A stretch of 56,818 nucleotides of DNA, counting the filler, from Diploschistes diacapsis (Eukaryota): the NCBI GenBank assembly GCA_023645945.1. It is 6 parts of 6 records of this genome, joined end to end, with 100 filler letters (N's around TTAATTAATTAA, not from the genome) between each part and the next. Parts side by side here need not be neighbours in the genome. Positions count along the whole stretch, not along the records: positions 28,482 to 37,862 come from JALAIB010001045.1; positions 37,963 to 47,341 come from JALAIB010001046.1; positions 47,442 to 56,818 come from JALAIB010001047.1; 3 more parts are not named here. The stretch is one strand, 5' to 3'. This document shows positions 37,503 through 48,190 of the stretch, in pieces. The stretch's first letter is position 1, and each line of letters begins with the position of its first letter. The translations under genes were made by a program, and so were the position numbers. Under the pieces are notes generated by a model. That model was given only the letters and a program-made list of their open reading frames with translations, was not told where the DNA came from and did not search any database.

Positions 37503-37962
37503 CTTAGGGGAGAGGTTTCAGTATCCGAAGCAAAAGAAGACAATTTTTGATAAGCGTCACGGCGCAATACTTTAGAGGCGTTTGTCTGCTAATCTAGGAA
37601 GGCCCTGTTGTTCAATGAATCGGTGCTGCTACGATAAGTGATCTGACAATTGCGGTTTCACGTGCTCGGGCTCCTCTTAATTTCTTGGAAATGGGTAGGA
37701 TAGGGAAGAGAAGATGCGTTGAGCGGGCAGAATACGGCCAACGTTGAATGTAAATCCAAAGGTTTTCGTGGGTTACAAAGCAGAGCTCCATCTTGCCCAC
37801 TCACTCTCCGCTCTCCTTCTATTGTTCATCCTCCCCCCTCCTTTCACCCATCCCTTTCATTCNNNNNNNNNNNNNNNNNNNNNNNNNNNNNNNNNNNNNN
37901 NNNNNNTTAATTAATTAANNNNNNNNNNNNNNNNNNNNNNNNNNNNNNNNNNNNNNNNNNNN

Positions 37963-38573
37963 GGTTTGAGAGGTTTTTGGGGGAGTTGGGGGAGAGGTGG
38001 GAGATTGAGAGGAATGCTTTCAAGCCGTTTCCGTGCGGGATTGTGGCGCATCCGGCAATTGATGCCTGTATTCAGCTGAAGAATGAGATGGATGAGAAGG
38101 GGCTGGCGGTGGGCGACGTGGAGAGTGTGAAGGAGAGGGTGCATCCGCTTGTGATGGAGTTGACGAGCAAGCGGTGTCCCAAAGATGGATTGGAGGGCAA
38201 GTTTAGCGTCTTCCATGGGAGTGCGGTGGGACTGCTATTCGGCAAGGCAGGACCGGCACAGTATGCAGATGAGATTGTCACGGATTCAAATGTTATCGAG
38301 TTGAGGGATAGGATTCAGGCGGAGGCTGACGAGAGATTGAGGACAGATGAAGTAGTGGTGGAGGTGGAGCTCAAGGGAGGGGAGAAACTGAGCAAGCACG
38401 TGGAGCATGCCATCGGGAGTCTGGAGGTGCCGATGAGTGATGAACAGCTTGAGGAGAAGTTTGTGGATCAATGCGAGCTGGTATTGGGAAGAGAGGAGGC
38501 AGAAGAGGTGAGCGAAGCGGCGTGGAAGATTGGGGAGGTGGAGGATGCGGTTGAAATCATTAAGAGACTGTAG
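37963..38573 (+). CDS. MmgE/PrpD family protein (2-methylcitrate dehydratase / cis-aconitate decarboxylase-like), C-terminal part only
   Basis: NAFKPFPCGIVAHPAID, GLEGKFSV, HAIGSLEVPMSDEQLEEKF; the 5' part is lost in the gap. Confidence 0.88.
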
Positions 38574-39133
38574 ATCCATCGCATTCATCATAGTCACAGC
38601 ATCTGGGAAGTCAAAAGGCGTATTGTAGTGGTGAGCTTTTAGCTAGCATCCTGGATCGGCGCCTTTCCTTCATAGAAAATTTAGGAGATGGTATGTACAC
38701 ACGTTCAGAAAATAGGTGATTCCTCTATACGCTTCGCTCTTCAACGTTGCTTAACATCCCATCTCTACCCAGCAGAGCCGTATACGCATATGGAGTCCCC
38801 TTAGTCCCTCTCTTAACAATGTATACCTCTGTATCAAAGAACCATCTTCTGCAAGCTGCGCGGCATTTTTTGGGATCATGACATGAGCGACGTGTTCTCG
38901 AGCTCCCTATTGCTTGATAATAACTGTGTATCTCCATAGCGTCATAATTGCATCCTTTGTTCGCATTTGGGAGAAATAGGATCTGTTATTGTTGCGTTGT
39001 TGTGATATTGATTGCTGCGCATTCAATGGTGGTGTAGTTATCCGATCTCCAGTACTTATCCAAACACACTGCTACTAACTATATACATAGGCTGTATAGG
39101 TACTAATATGGTGTAACTATAGTAGAGTGTTGC

Positions 39134-40312
39134 CCCTAGTAACCGAACATCCATAAGCGCTTTTTACACCCAAAATGCCCTCCCCTTTTTCATCCATTGT
39201 AAGCTCCATAAATTTTTTTTTTTGGCTAATTTAAAGCTAGATACTCTCGACGATGGAAAATGCTCTCATTGAGGCGCAAACTCGATCCCCCTCGCTGTCG
39301 CTCCACCAAATCGCTCGGCGCAACGGCGTCCCCCTCTCCTCCCTCCACGACAAGCTTAATGGCCGCCCTGGAAGGTCTGCTGGCCACCAATCGCAGCAGT
39401 TTTTGACTGCTGAGCAGGAGAGTGTCCTCGCGAGGCATGTGGAACGTTTACAGGCCGGAGGAGTCTCTGTTTCTGTCGCAATGCTTAAAAGCTTAGCGGC
39501 GGAGATCTGGAGTGCCTCCGAGCCGAATAACCAGCGCCAGCCAGGCCGTCACTGGCCGCAGCGCTTCTTGAGGAGGCATCCAGAGCTGGGTACAGCCTGG
39601 AGTAGCTCTCTTTCAAACAAGAGAGCCGACGCCGTGTGGAAGGGCGCCGGCATCGAGCCCTTCGACCCTTCCAGACCGATCTCCAAGGCTCCCGGCGCCG
39701 TCGACGACCCTCCTGAAGCTCGCTACACCCTGCCTGCGACTCCTCGAGCCCTCCGAGAGGTGGATCTTTTGGAGGACTCGACTTTGGACTTTCGGCAGGA
39801 GCTTGAAGTGCTCCGAAGCTTCTCCAAGATGGCCAAAGCGGCTAGGGAGGCTCTTACGGAGGTTACGCTTCTGGCGGCAGAGAATAAGAGGCTTAGGGAG
39901 GCCTCGACACATCGCCAGAAACACAAGCGCACTATTATAACTACAGGAGGTGAGTTTTTGACCCCTACGAAAGCTGCTAACGTGCACCAGGCGAAGGAAA
40001 GAGCACTCTACGAGGTAGGCAGGCAGGAGAGGCAAAAACAGGCTAGAAAGGAAAGGCTGGCAGTGCTTCAGGCTGCTGGGATATACAAGAATAAGAAGAT
40101 AATCCCGAAAGGAAGGCTGGTTATCTTGGGGAGGCTTCCTGGCGCCAGCGTCGACGACGCTGGCGATCAGACATGATTAGATGAATCTACAGGGTCAGAT
40201 ATAGCTACTACTCGATCTACAGGGCTTCAAATTAATCACTTTTGGAGATATTTCACATTAAATATTTACTGTTGTAGTTTTTGCTATTGTATCACGTGTT
40301 CGGGTACTAGGG
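39134..40312 (+). mobile_element. Non-autonomous pogo/Fot1-type DNA transposon (internal deletion derivative) with 16-bp TIRs
   Basis: Left CCCTAGTAACCGAACA (39134-39149) and right TGTTCGGGTACTAGGG (40297-40312) are inverted repeats with one mismatch; they enclose a transposase-like ORF. Confidence 0.75.
39253..40176 (+). CDS. Truncated pogo-family transposase: HTH_psq plus CENP-B-type HTH and C-terminal tail, no DDE domain
   Basis: SLHQIARRNGVPLSSLHDKLNG, LTAEQESVL...L.A.G, PGRHWPQRFLRRHPEL, then directly WKGAGIEPFDP and LLAAENKRLREA, which normally follow the DDE domain. Confidence 0.8.
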   Translation: MENALIEAQTRSPSLSLHQIARRNGVPLSSLHDKLNGRPGRSAGHQSQQFLTAEQESVLARHVERLQAGGVSVSVAMLKSLAAEIWSASEPNNQRQPGRHWPQRFLRRHPELGTAWSSSLSNKRADAVWKGAGIEPFDPSRPISKAPGAVDDPPEARYTLPATPRALREVDLLEDSTLDFRQELEVLRSFSKMAKAAREALTEVTLLAAENKRLREASTHRQKHKRTIITTGGEFLTPTKAANVHQAKERALYEVGRQERQKQARKERLAVLQAAGIYKNKKIIPKGRLVILGRLPGASVDDAGDQT

Positions 40313-40531
40313 TCTGGTACTAGGGTCACGGACCTGAGTCCGGAGCACGTCAGATGTCGAAAATTCTGCTATCGTCCCCAACATAGTTCGATGAGCAAGC
40401 CAGAACCTACAAGGCTTACTTTATACAACGAGGCTTCTTAGAAGTGCAATGCAGATCATCTTGGAGACTCTTCTTTGCCACTCTAACCACCATAGGTACA
40501 TTCCTTGAGTTGCCTGTGTTTAGCAGCCGAG

Positions 40532-42214
40532 ATGGTCGCGCCTCTCCTTACTGCTCACGATGCTACAGACCATGTGCATCTTATCATCGGCTCCAACTCT
40601 CTTGCGAACGCAAGATGCAGCAAGAGCCTGGAAGTTGGAGCAAAGGCGGTTGTGCTTACAAGAGACGATGGTATGATGCACTACTCATTAAGTCAAAAAA
40701 TTGAAGACGGCAAAGTCCGATGGATGAAGAAGGATTTTCACGAGGACGACCTTCAAACTTTAGGTCGTGAGGAAGTTGACCGCATTGTGGATGCTGTTTT
40801 CATCACGAATAGTGCAAAGAGCACGCTCAGTAGTCAGATTTCAGCCCTTTGCCGCCGCCTGCGGGTTCCTGTGAATGTAGTGGATTCTCCAAATCTGTCT
40901 TCATTCACACTTCTATCCACACATTCGGATGGGCCCCTTCAGATCGGCATCACAACTTCTGGAAGAGGCTGTAAGTTAGCCTCACGTATCAGACGCGAAA
41001 TAGTCTCCACACTGCCAGCAAATTTCGGTCCAGCAATAGATCGACTAGGGACAATGAGGCGAAGAGTGTGGGAAGAAGACCGCAAGGCTCAAGATCTAGG
41101 TGACCTAGTTGCCGATGGTTCGGATGACGATGCTCCGGCTCAAAAAGCCACTTTCAACCAACTTGTCAAGGAATCAGATCACAATGCCGCAAAGACGAGA
41201 AGGATCCGGTGGATGTCGCAGATCTGCGAGTACTGGCCGTTGAAAAAACTGGCTTCTATCACCGACCAAGATATCGAGTTCCTATTACAGTCCTACAAAG
41301 CGCACGCTGGCTTGGACTCCCTGGCAAACGGCGATGAGACCATTTCAATACCATCCAAACCAAAAGTGATACTCGCGGGCTCTGGGCCAGGCTCCCCTCA
41401 GCTACTGACCATAGCCACTCGTGATGCAATCAGCAGTGCCTCGGTCATCCTTGCGGATAAGCTCGTTCCGGCACCCGTCCTGGACCTAATTCCACGCCGA
41501 ACGCCGGTCCATATCGCCCGTAAATTCCCTGGCAATGCAGATGCAGCTCAAAAGGAGTTACTCGAAATGGGTTTGGAAGCCCTCAAGCAGGGCATGACGG
41601 TGCTTCGTCTGAAACAGGGCGACCCGTACGTCTACGGCCGTGGTGGCGAGGAGTACGCCTTTTTCAAAGATCACGGTTACGAGCCCATTGTACTGCCTGG
41701 CATCACTAGTGCTCTTTCCGCTCCGCTTTTTGCTGCGATCCCACCGACTCACAGGAGTGTCTCGGACCAGGTGCTCATCTGCACCGGTACTGGGCGAAAG
41801 GGCGCTGCTCCTGCTCCACCTTCTTATATTAAGACCCAAACCGTCATATTCCTGATGGCCCTCCATCGCTTGGCCTCTCTTGTCGAATCTCTTGCAGGGA
41901 ATTCCAAGTTGTCATCGTCCCTAGAAACTGAATTCAGTGACCCTCCTTGGCCTCTCACAACACCTTGCGCTGTACTCGAACGAGCTTCATGTCCAGACCA
42001 ACGTGTCATCCGCACCACTCTTGAGCATGTTGTACAGGCCGTTGAAGATGAGGGAAGCAGGCCACCAGGGCTTCTCGTTATGGGTTATGCTTGTGAAGTA
42101 TTGAAAGACACTAAAGGCCAGAAATGGTTTGTTGAAGAAGGCTTTGCTCCTTTGGATGGCATTTTTGAAATGCCAGGAAAAAGCATTTCCAAGGGACAGC
42201 TAATGTCCAAATGA
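40532..42214 (+). CDS. MET1: Uroporphyrinogen-III C-methyltransferase / siroheme synthase Met1
   Basis: PLLTAH...VHLIIG, PVNVVDSPNLSSF, LQIGITTSGRGCKLASRIRR, LAGSGPG, RLKQGDPYVYGRGGEE, LPGITSALSAP, ERASCPDQR. Confidence 0.93.
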   Translation: MVAPLLTAHDATDHVHLIIGSNSLANARCSKSLEVGAKAVVLTRDDGMMHYSLSQKIEDGKVRWMKKDFHEDDLQTLGREEVDRIVDAVFITNSAKSTLSSQISALCRRLRVPVNVVDSPNLSSFTLLSTHSDGPLQIGITTSGRGCKLASRIRREIVSTLPANFGPAIDRLGTMRRRVWEEDRKAQDLGDLVADGSDDDAPAQKATFNQLVKESDHNAAKTRRIRWMSQICEYWPLKKLASITDQDIEFLLQSYKAHAGLDSLANGDETISIPSKPKVILAGSGPGSPQLLTIATRDAISSASVILADKLVPAPVLDLIPRRTPVHIARKFPGNADAAQKELLEMGLEALKQGMTVLRLKQGDPYVYGRGGEEYAFFKDHGYEPIVLPGITSALSAPLFAAIPPTHRSVSDQVLICTGTGRKGAAPAPPSYIKTQTVIFLMALHRLASLVESLAGNSKLSSSLETEFSDPPWPLTTPCAVLERASCPDQRVIRTTLEHVVQAVEDEGSRPPGLLVMGYACEVLKDTKGQKWFVEEGFAPLDGIFEMPGKSISKGQLMSK

Positions 42215-42375
42215 GGGCAGTGAATGTGGCACACATAAACGCTTGATGCTCAGCGACTTTGGTATGAGACATGTGTCTAGAGGGTTCTGATATACTGGAT
42301 ACCCTCGGATGAACGCTACCCCAAAACATCAAGATAGAACTTTATACACAGAACACAACGCAGAACACCTTTCCT

Positions 42376-43860
42376 CTAAATCTCCGTCACCATATCAACA
42401 TGGCTAGGTAATCTAAGCTCCTTGGTTTTCTCTGTCCACTCCTTGTTTTGACCTTGGGGATCTTGACTATGTGGTTTTGCACAGATGGTGGCATGCACCA
42501 ACATCGCGGCAACTCCTTTCTTCTTGCCTTTCGGATCTACTTCAACTTGGATAATGATCTCAAAATCCTTTTCTAATGTACCAGATCTCATTCGAACTTT
42601 CTGCATCGAACACCCCTAGAAGGCCCTACGGCTCGTTTTCGTTGATGGTCTGCAAGGAGTCGACTCGAATAGACGTCCCATCACCTATGAAAGCAGGAGC
42701 GATGATGATGTTTTTGTCGAACTTCTTGTGGATCACGCTCTCAGTCGTTGGATACTCAATAGAGAAGCATTTTAGAATTAGGCACGTGGAAGTGGCAAAC
42801 CTCTAGTTGTGCATAGGATAGAAAATTCATAACGTCGAAAAAAGTATGATTTCCAGTAAAAGATAACAGCTTTTCTCCATTTCGAGTCGAAGTCTTTTTT
42901 GCTTGGATTTTCTGGAACCTTACGGTGTTCGCCTTCTGAGCGCCAGCTGTCCTTCCGCAGAAACTTAGTGACTCCATTGTATAAAGACTCTTCGGTAGGA
43001 ACGATAATCCAGGCGCGGCGGAGGTGCTTGGCAACGTTGACCATTGGAGGCTCGTCGCCAAAATTGATTTTCGAAAGGGCGGCTCAAACCTTGACTCGAC
43101 GGTGCCATAGATGCTGGGAACTAGTCGCATTCTGAGTGCATGAATGATGAAACCCAAGTCTTATTGATTTTAAAAGGAAAGAATGTTGTCTGTTACTCGT
43201 GGTCTTAGGGTGGCATGCGAGCAACCTTTATACTACTGTTTCTGCTTAACGTCCCAGTCAAGCACTCTTGAAGTGTCGCGTGTTACTTCCATAAGGCTTC
43301 GCATCGGCATTGCTTTCTTTTTAGATCCAATCGGAATGTTTCCAGCCATCCTCCAGCGGCGCTATGATCTTCCAGCCTATCAATCTATCTATGGATGGAT
43401 TTATGGACAGGGTGCTGTGTGGATCTGAGCCTCAACTTTTGCCTCAAAGAACTGCTGAAAGCTACGAGCAGGTTATACTGCAGTACCTCAGGAGAGAATC
43501 ATGGTTCAGTAAGTCAGATAGCTTGAGCATCATACTCGCGTGCTGGGTCGGCGTTTCCGAGCGTGGAGCATCCTTTGGCCTTCTGAACCACTCTCAAAGC
43601 ACGAAATCGGTACTGCCGAGACGGCTCAGCTCTCATGCAGACAACGTGGGAAATTTGTATCCGGAAGAGAGCAATCCAAAGTCCCATTGCGGGACTTAAC
43701 GCGAATCCGTTAGGGTCCGTAACAAAAGCTGAAACTGCGGACACTCGACGAAGTCGTTTGCTGATAGTGGCTGCCACCTCATTCTGGAAATCTACATGCT
43801 CTGTGAACATTGAGCAATGCTGTTGACATACCTTCTCGATTACTTGTTACAGCCACGCAT
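42376..43860 (-). pseudogene. Possible decayed protein-coding gene of unknown family
   Basis: A chain of short overlapping minus-strand ORFs with protein-like composition, broken by stops and frameshifts. No recognisable motif. Confidence 0.25.
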
Positions 43861-45273
43861 GCGGCCTAGAGGTAGCTTAATACGGGGCTCGCGATCAGGA
43901 TGTTGTAATCAATAGGTGAGACTGCCGGGGGCTTCATATCTTGCATTCTCGTCCATGCATCCATTTTTGAATATTTGACGCTTAGGAGTCTAAATCTGCT
44001 GTGTGGCTCAACCTGCTATTCCAGATGGAATATTGCTTGAGATTCGAAGGACCAATCTCTGAATGTCCGGCGCCTTGTCCATCGCTGATTATTTGACTCT
44101 TTCGTCATTATAAACATATCTGTATTTTCCATGGTGTGTTGAAATTGCATTGTACAAGTCATGAAGTTACAAGTTGGCCTTTCTTGATTGATGTTTGGTT
44201 TGCCTATAAGAATACCAGTATGCTTGCCGGAAAGGATGACTAGCATCGAAGTACATCTAACGCAGCATTGACGATGCCACCATTCTATGATGCAAAACAA
44301 ACCATATCCATGCGTCTTGATCCATACATATGCCTGGACGAGTAAAAAGGGGTGATATAGTGGCTTTAGCCATGCATGTGGGAGGTCGCAATAGTCTCTG
44401 GCCTTCAGGTTCGAGCTATGGTCCTTTCGCAAACCTATGACATAGTCTGAGGGACTAGTCTATCAATATCGTGAGAACCGAAGTCCATTGAACGCCTCAG
44501 GCATATACGGATTAAAGAAAGGGGTTTGTTTTGTTTTACTTGGGCAGCCTGAAAAAAGCATCCTGTGATTAAGGCGCGGGAAACAGACGAAACTTAATTT
44601 GGATGACTGCTCAGCAGAGCTTCAAGCTCAGGGGTATCAACGGTCTTCGTAAGGTAGGATATATCCTGGAGTGAGCCACAGAGACCTGAGCACAATCTAC
44701 AGCGAGAGTAAATACGTGTAACGAAGGTCTATAGCAGGAAGTTCCAGGTTGTCCAGAAACCCTAAGTGGAGAATTACCTAGTACATACATCTACGCCGGA
44801 TATCGGCCAGTCATACTAATCAAGCTTCAAAAGGTCACCTTCAACACGTTGAGGCTGGATCTATGACAAATCATCAGCAGTGTCTTTTTGGAATTCCAGG
44901 TTGGTAAACAAGCTGCTCCTTGAATACCGAAGGCAGGATCCAGTCGAGTTGTTAGACTCGCTATTTCCGCAACTCTTTAAATTTCTGAGACCCATTGCCC
45001 AATAATGAATGTTTATTCAGAAGTTCAATAACTATGTCGAGGCCTGTGACACTCAACTTGTTAGTCTATTACCCGTAGAAATGAAGTTGCAGTCGCATAT
45101 CTCAAAGGAGTGGAATTCGTGGCTGACGGTGTGGCTGAGTATCTACTGCTTATTCATTGACGCCGCCACTGCACGTGCAAATTCACTTAACCGCCTCATC
45201 GCTATCTTACTCCTCCCCTAGGAACACTCCGCCCCACCTCCTTCCTAGAACGACTTCCCTAATCTTCCCCATC

Positions 45274-46533
45274 ATGCCACCTCGAACACCCCCTTTACGG
45301 TGCATCAGCTCTGTTCCTACTCAAACCCCCAGCCGCACAGTGCGTCCCCGATATCGAGCCTTCGCCACCGCCACAACCGACGAATACTCACCACAGTCTC
45401 AAACCTCCTCAACCTCACAAAGACCACGACCAAGGACATCCTTCCAAGATCGCCTCAACGCCGGCCCCGAGTTCTCCACCTTCCTCTCGACTCCACCACC
45501 CACACAATTGCCCGCATCCGAAGCCCTCGAGCTCCGCACCGCCCTCGTCGGGCCCTCGGGCGCCAAGCGAGAGATCACTCGGCTGCCCGAATGGCTCAAG
45601 ACCCCAATACCCGACAACGAAAACTACAAGAAGATCAAGCGCGACCTACGGGGTCTGAATCTGCACACGGTATGCGAGGAAGCCCGCTGCCCCAACATCT
45701 CAGACTGCTGGGGCGGCAGCGACAAGTCCGCGGCCACGGCCACGATCATGCTCATGGGCGATACCTGTACCCGCGGCTGCAGGTTCTGCTCCGTCAAGAC
45801 CTCCCGCGCCCCGCCGCCGCTGGACCCGCACGAGCCAGAGAATACGGCGGAGGCGCTAAGTCGGTGGGGGCTGGGGTACGTGGTGCTGACGTCCGTCGAT
45901 AGAGACGACATTGCGGATGGAGGCGCAGGCCACTTTGCGGAGACGATCATGCGGATAAAGCAGAAGAGGCCGAGTACGCTGGTCGAGGCGCTGACGGGGG
46001 ACTACGCGGGGGACTTGAGCGGCGTGGAGAAAGTGGCCACCAGCGGCCTGGACGTGTACGCGCACAACGTGGAGACGGTGGAAGAACTGACGCCCATGGT
46101 AAGGGATCGGCGAGCGACGTTCCGACAGAGCCTGCGGGTGCTCGAGCACGCGAAGGAGGTCCGTGCGGACCTGATCACCAAGACGAGCATTATGCTGGGC
46201 TTGGGCGAGACGGAGGAGCAGCTGTGGGCTGCGCTGAGGGAGCTCAGGGGCGTCGGGGTCGACGTGGTTACGTTTGGGCAGTACATGCGGCCGACGAAGA
46301 GGCACATGAAGGTGCACGAGTACGTGACGCCGCAGGTGTTCGAGACGTGGAGGCAGCGGGCGCTGAAGATGGGGTTTTTGTACTGTGCGAGCGGGCCGCT
46401 GGTCCGGAGCTCCTATAAGGCCGGCGAGGCGTTTATTGAGAATGTGCTGAGGAAGAGGGCGGGGAGGAGGGAGACGATGTTGGCGGGTGGTGCAGTAGCG
46501 GGAAGAGATAAAGTGGGGAGTCGAGTAGATTGA
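45274..46533 (+). CDS. LIP5: Mitochondrial lipoyl synthase (radical SAM)
   Basis: [62 protein letters not shown]; basic Ser/Arg-rich presequence. Confidence 0.97.
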   Translation: MPPRTPPLRCISSVPTQTPSRTVRPRYRAFATATTDEYSPQSQTSSTSQRPRPRTSFQDRLNAGPEFSTFLSTPPPTQLPASEALELRTALVGPSGAKREITRLPEWLKTPIPDNENYKKIKRDLRGLNLHTVCEEARCPNISDCWGGSDKSAATATIMLMGDTCTRGCRFCSVKTSRAPPPLDPHEPENTAEALSRWGLGYVVLTSVDRDDIADGGAGHFAETIMRIKQKRPSTLVEALTGDYAGDLSGVEKVATSGLDVYAHNVETVEELTPMVRDRRATFRQSLRVLEHAKEVRADLITKTSIMLGLGETEEQLWAALRELRGVGVDVVTFGQYMRPTKRHMKVHEYVTPQVFETWRQRALKMGFLYCASGPLVRSSYKAGEAFIENVLRKRAGRRETMLAGGAVAGRDKVGSRVD

Positions 46534-46982
46534 TGATACTATTGTTTTATTACTGAATATGATTGGAGGAAAGTTGCCAGTATGGCCTGGAGAGTTTCAA
46601 TATTATTATTCGAAACGTGCGTCTTCGAGGAAACGTGCCATTAATTTGGGCGCAGCGGTTTTTGGGATTTGGGATATCCATCCCCATTCACGTTGTGTAT
46701 CTCTGTACGTTAGACAAGAAAGCATATGGTCTTTGAGTCGCTGGTACTGAGTGCCCCCAGCGCAGTCATTGGCTTGAGTACTACGAAAGTTTCAGGAAAC
46801 GCCACGTTTTGAAGGCCCAGAGCACTACCGTTTAGAAACGCTTCCAACACGCGAGCCTATAGGGCGCGCCGAAAAGTATAGAAGGGATAATAATATAATA
46901 GTACTAGCAGCAGCAACAGCACCGCAACCACCACCAGCAACTACCAGGGTTGCATAAGGATTACAGAAAACAAGACTTCATT

Positions 46983-47341
46983 ATGCCTCGCTTCAACAAC
47001 GAGGCCGATAACAAGAAGGTATATCATCCTCACATAGGAAGCAGTATAATGCTAACCACGTAAACCTAGAAACGCAAGCGTGAACCCACCAACCACGCAC
47101 ACCCACCATCAGCAACCGACACCTCCAAGCCCACCGCAACTTTCAAGCCCTCCTCTCCACGCACACATACGTTAAGCGTCGCTCTACCCGGGAGCATCAT
47201 CGCCAAGTACGCCTCTCCCCTTTCCTCCCATCCCCAAACTAACCACCCCCCAAAGCGCCCAGACGCACGACTCAAAAACCCACCTCGCCGGCACCATCGC
47301 GCGCGCCCTGTCCGTATTCTGCGTCGACGAAGTCATCATCT
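46983..47341 (+). CDS. SPOUT-family RNA methyltransferase (DUF171/SPOUT1-like), 5' part; 2 introns; truncated by gap
   Basis: Spliced translation gives TLSVALPGSIIAN-AQTHDSKTHLAGTIARALSVFCVDEVII, the conserved N-terminus of this family. Introns 47019-47068 and ~47207-47254. Confidence 0.8.
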
Positions 47342-48190
47342 NNNNNNNNNNNNNNNNNNNNNNNNNNNNNNNNNNNNNNNNNNNNTTAATTAATTAANNN
47401 NNNNNNNNNNNNNNNNNNNNNNNNNNNNNNNNNNNNNNNNNGGAGGAGGAGGTCGGCGGATGCATGGGGGAGGACTGATGTGGTGAAGTTGGGGTTTTTG
47501 GAAGGGGAGGAAAGCCAAGAGGTGTTAGTCTGTGAAGATTTGTGATGATTGCGCTCGGCAAATGAAGCTTTCTTTCTTTTCACTGCGTGCCTGTAGACTA
47601 CTACTACTACTACTCAGACGGAGAACTCGCAGTTTGGCAACTCAAAAGGAGAAAAAAAACTAGCGAACGTGAACCCCCCCCCGATTTAGCTCAAGCAATC
47701 TGCCTCTAGATAACCGCTCGACTGGGGCAATCGCAGAGGATAGACATCCGAGAAACTTGTGTATCTGTAATCAAACTCGGGAACCAGCTCGAGCTCCTGA
47801 CAAGGTACCGCGTCCATTAACAACATTCCGATTCTTGAACTTGATCACTTCATGCATATTTAAAATTCTTAGAACGAGGATAATTTGATTCAACACCAAG
47901 CTACTACTCACGAGCTTCGATTTCGTTCATTTAGCGCAAATGCTCCAGTAGCTTTTTTCAAATTCCAGAAACACAAGGCCCCTTTAATCAACAACTCCAG
48001 CGCTATGCTCCGCAACGATAAATGCTGTCCTCCGCCCGCTATGCCACAGATGCAACCCATGTGTTCTATCAGGCTCAAGCGGTCGTCAAGCGTAAAGCGT
48101 CAAGCGTGAAAAGTATGGACGTGGCGCAAGCACATTGAATCAACAAGCGATACCCAGCGAGTGGCATCTCGAAGAAACACCAGCGCTCTG

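Noticed and set aside
39134..39140. piggyBac assignment from the CCCTAG termini
   Set aside because: No TTAA target duplication, and the ORF is pogo/CENP-B-like.
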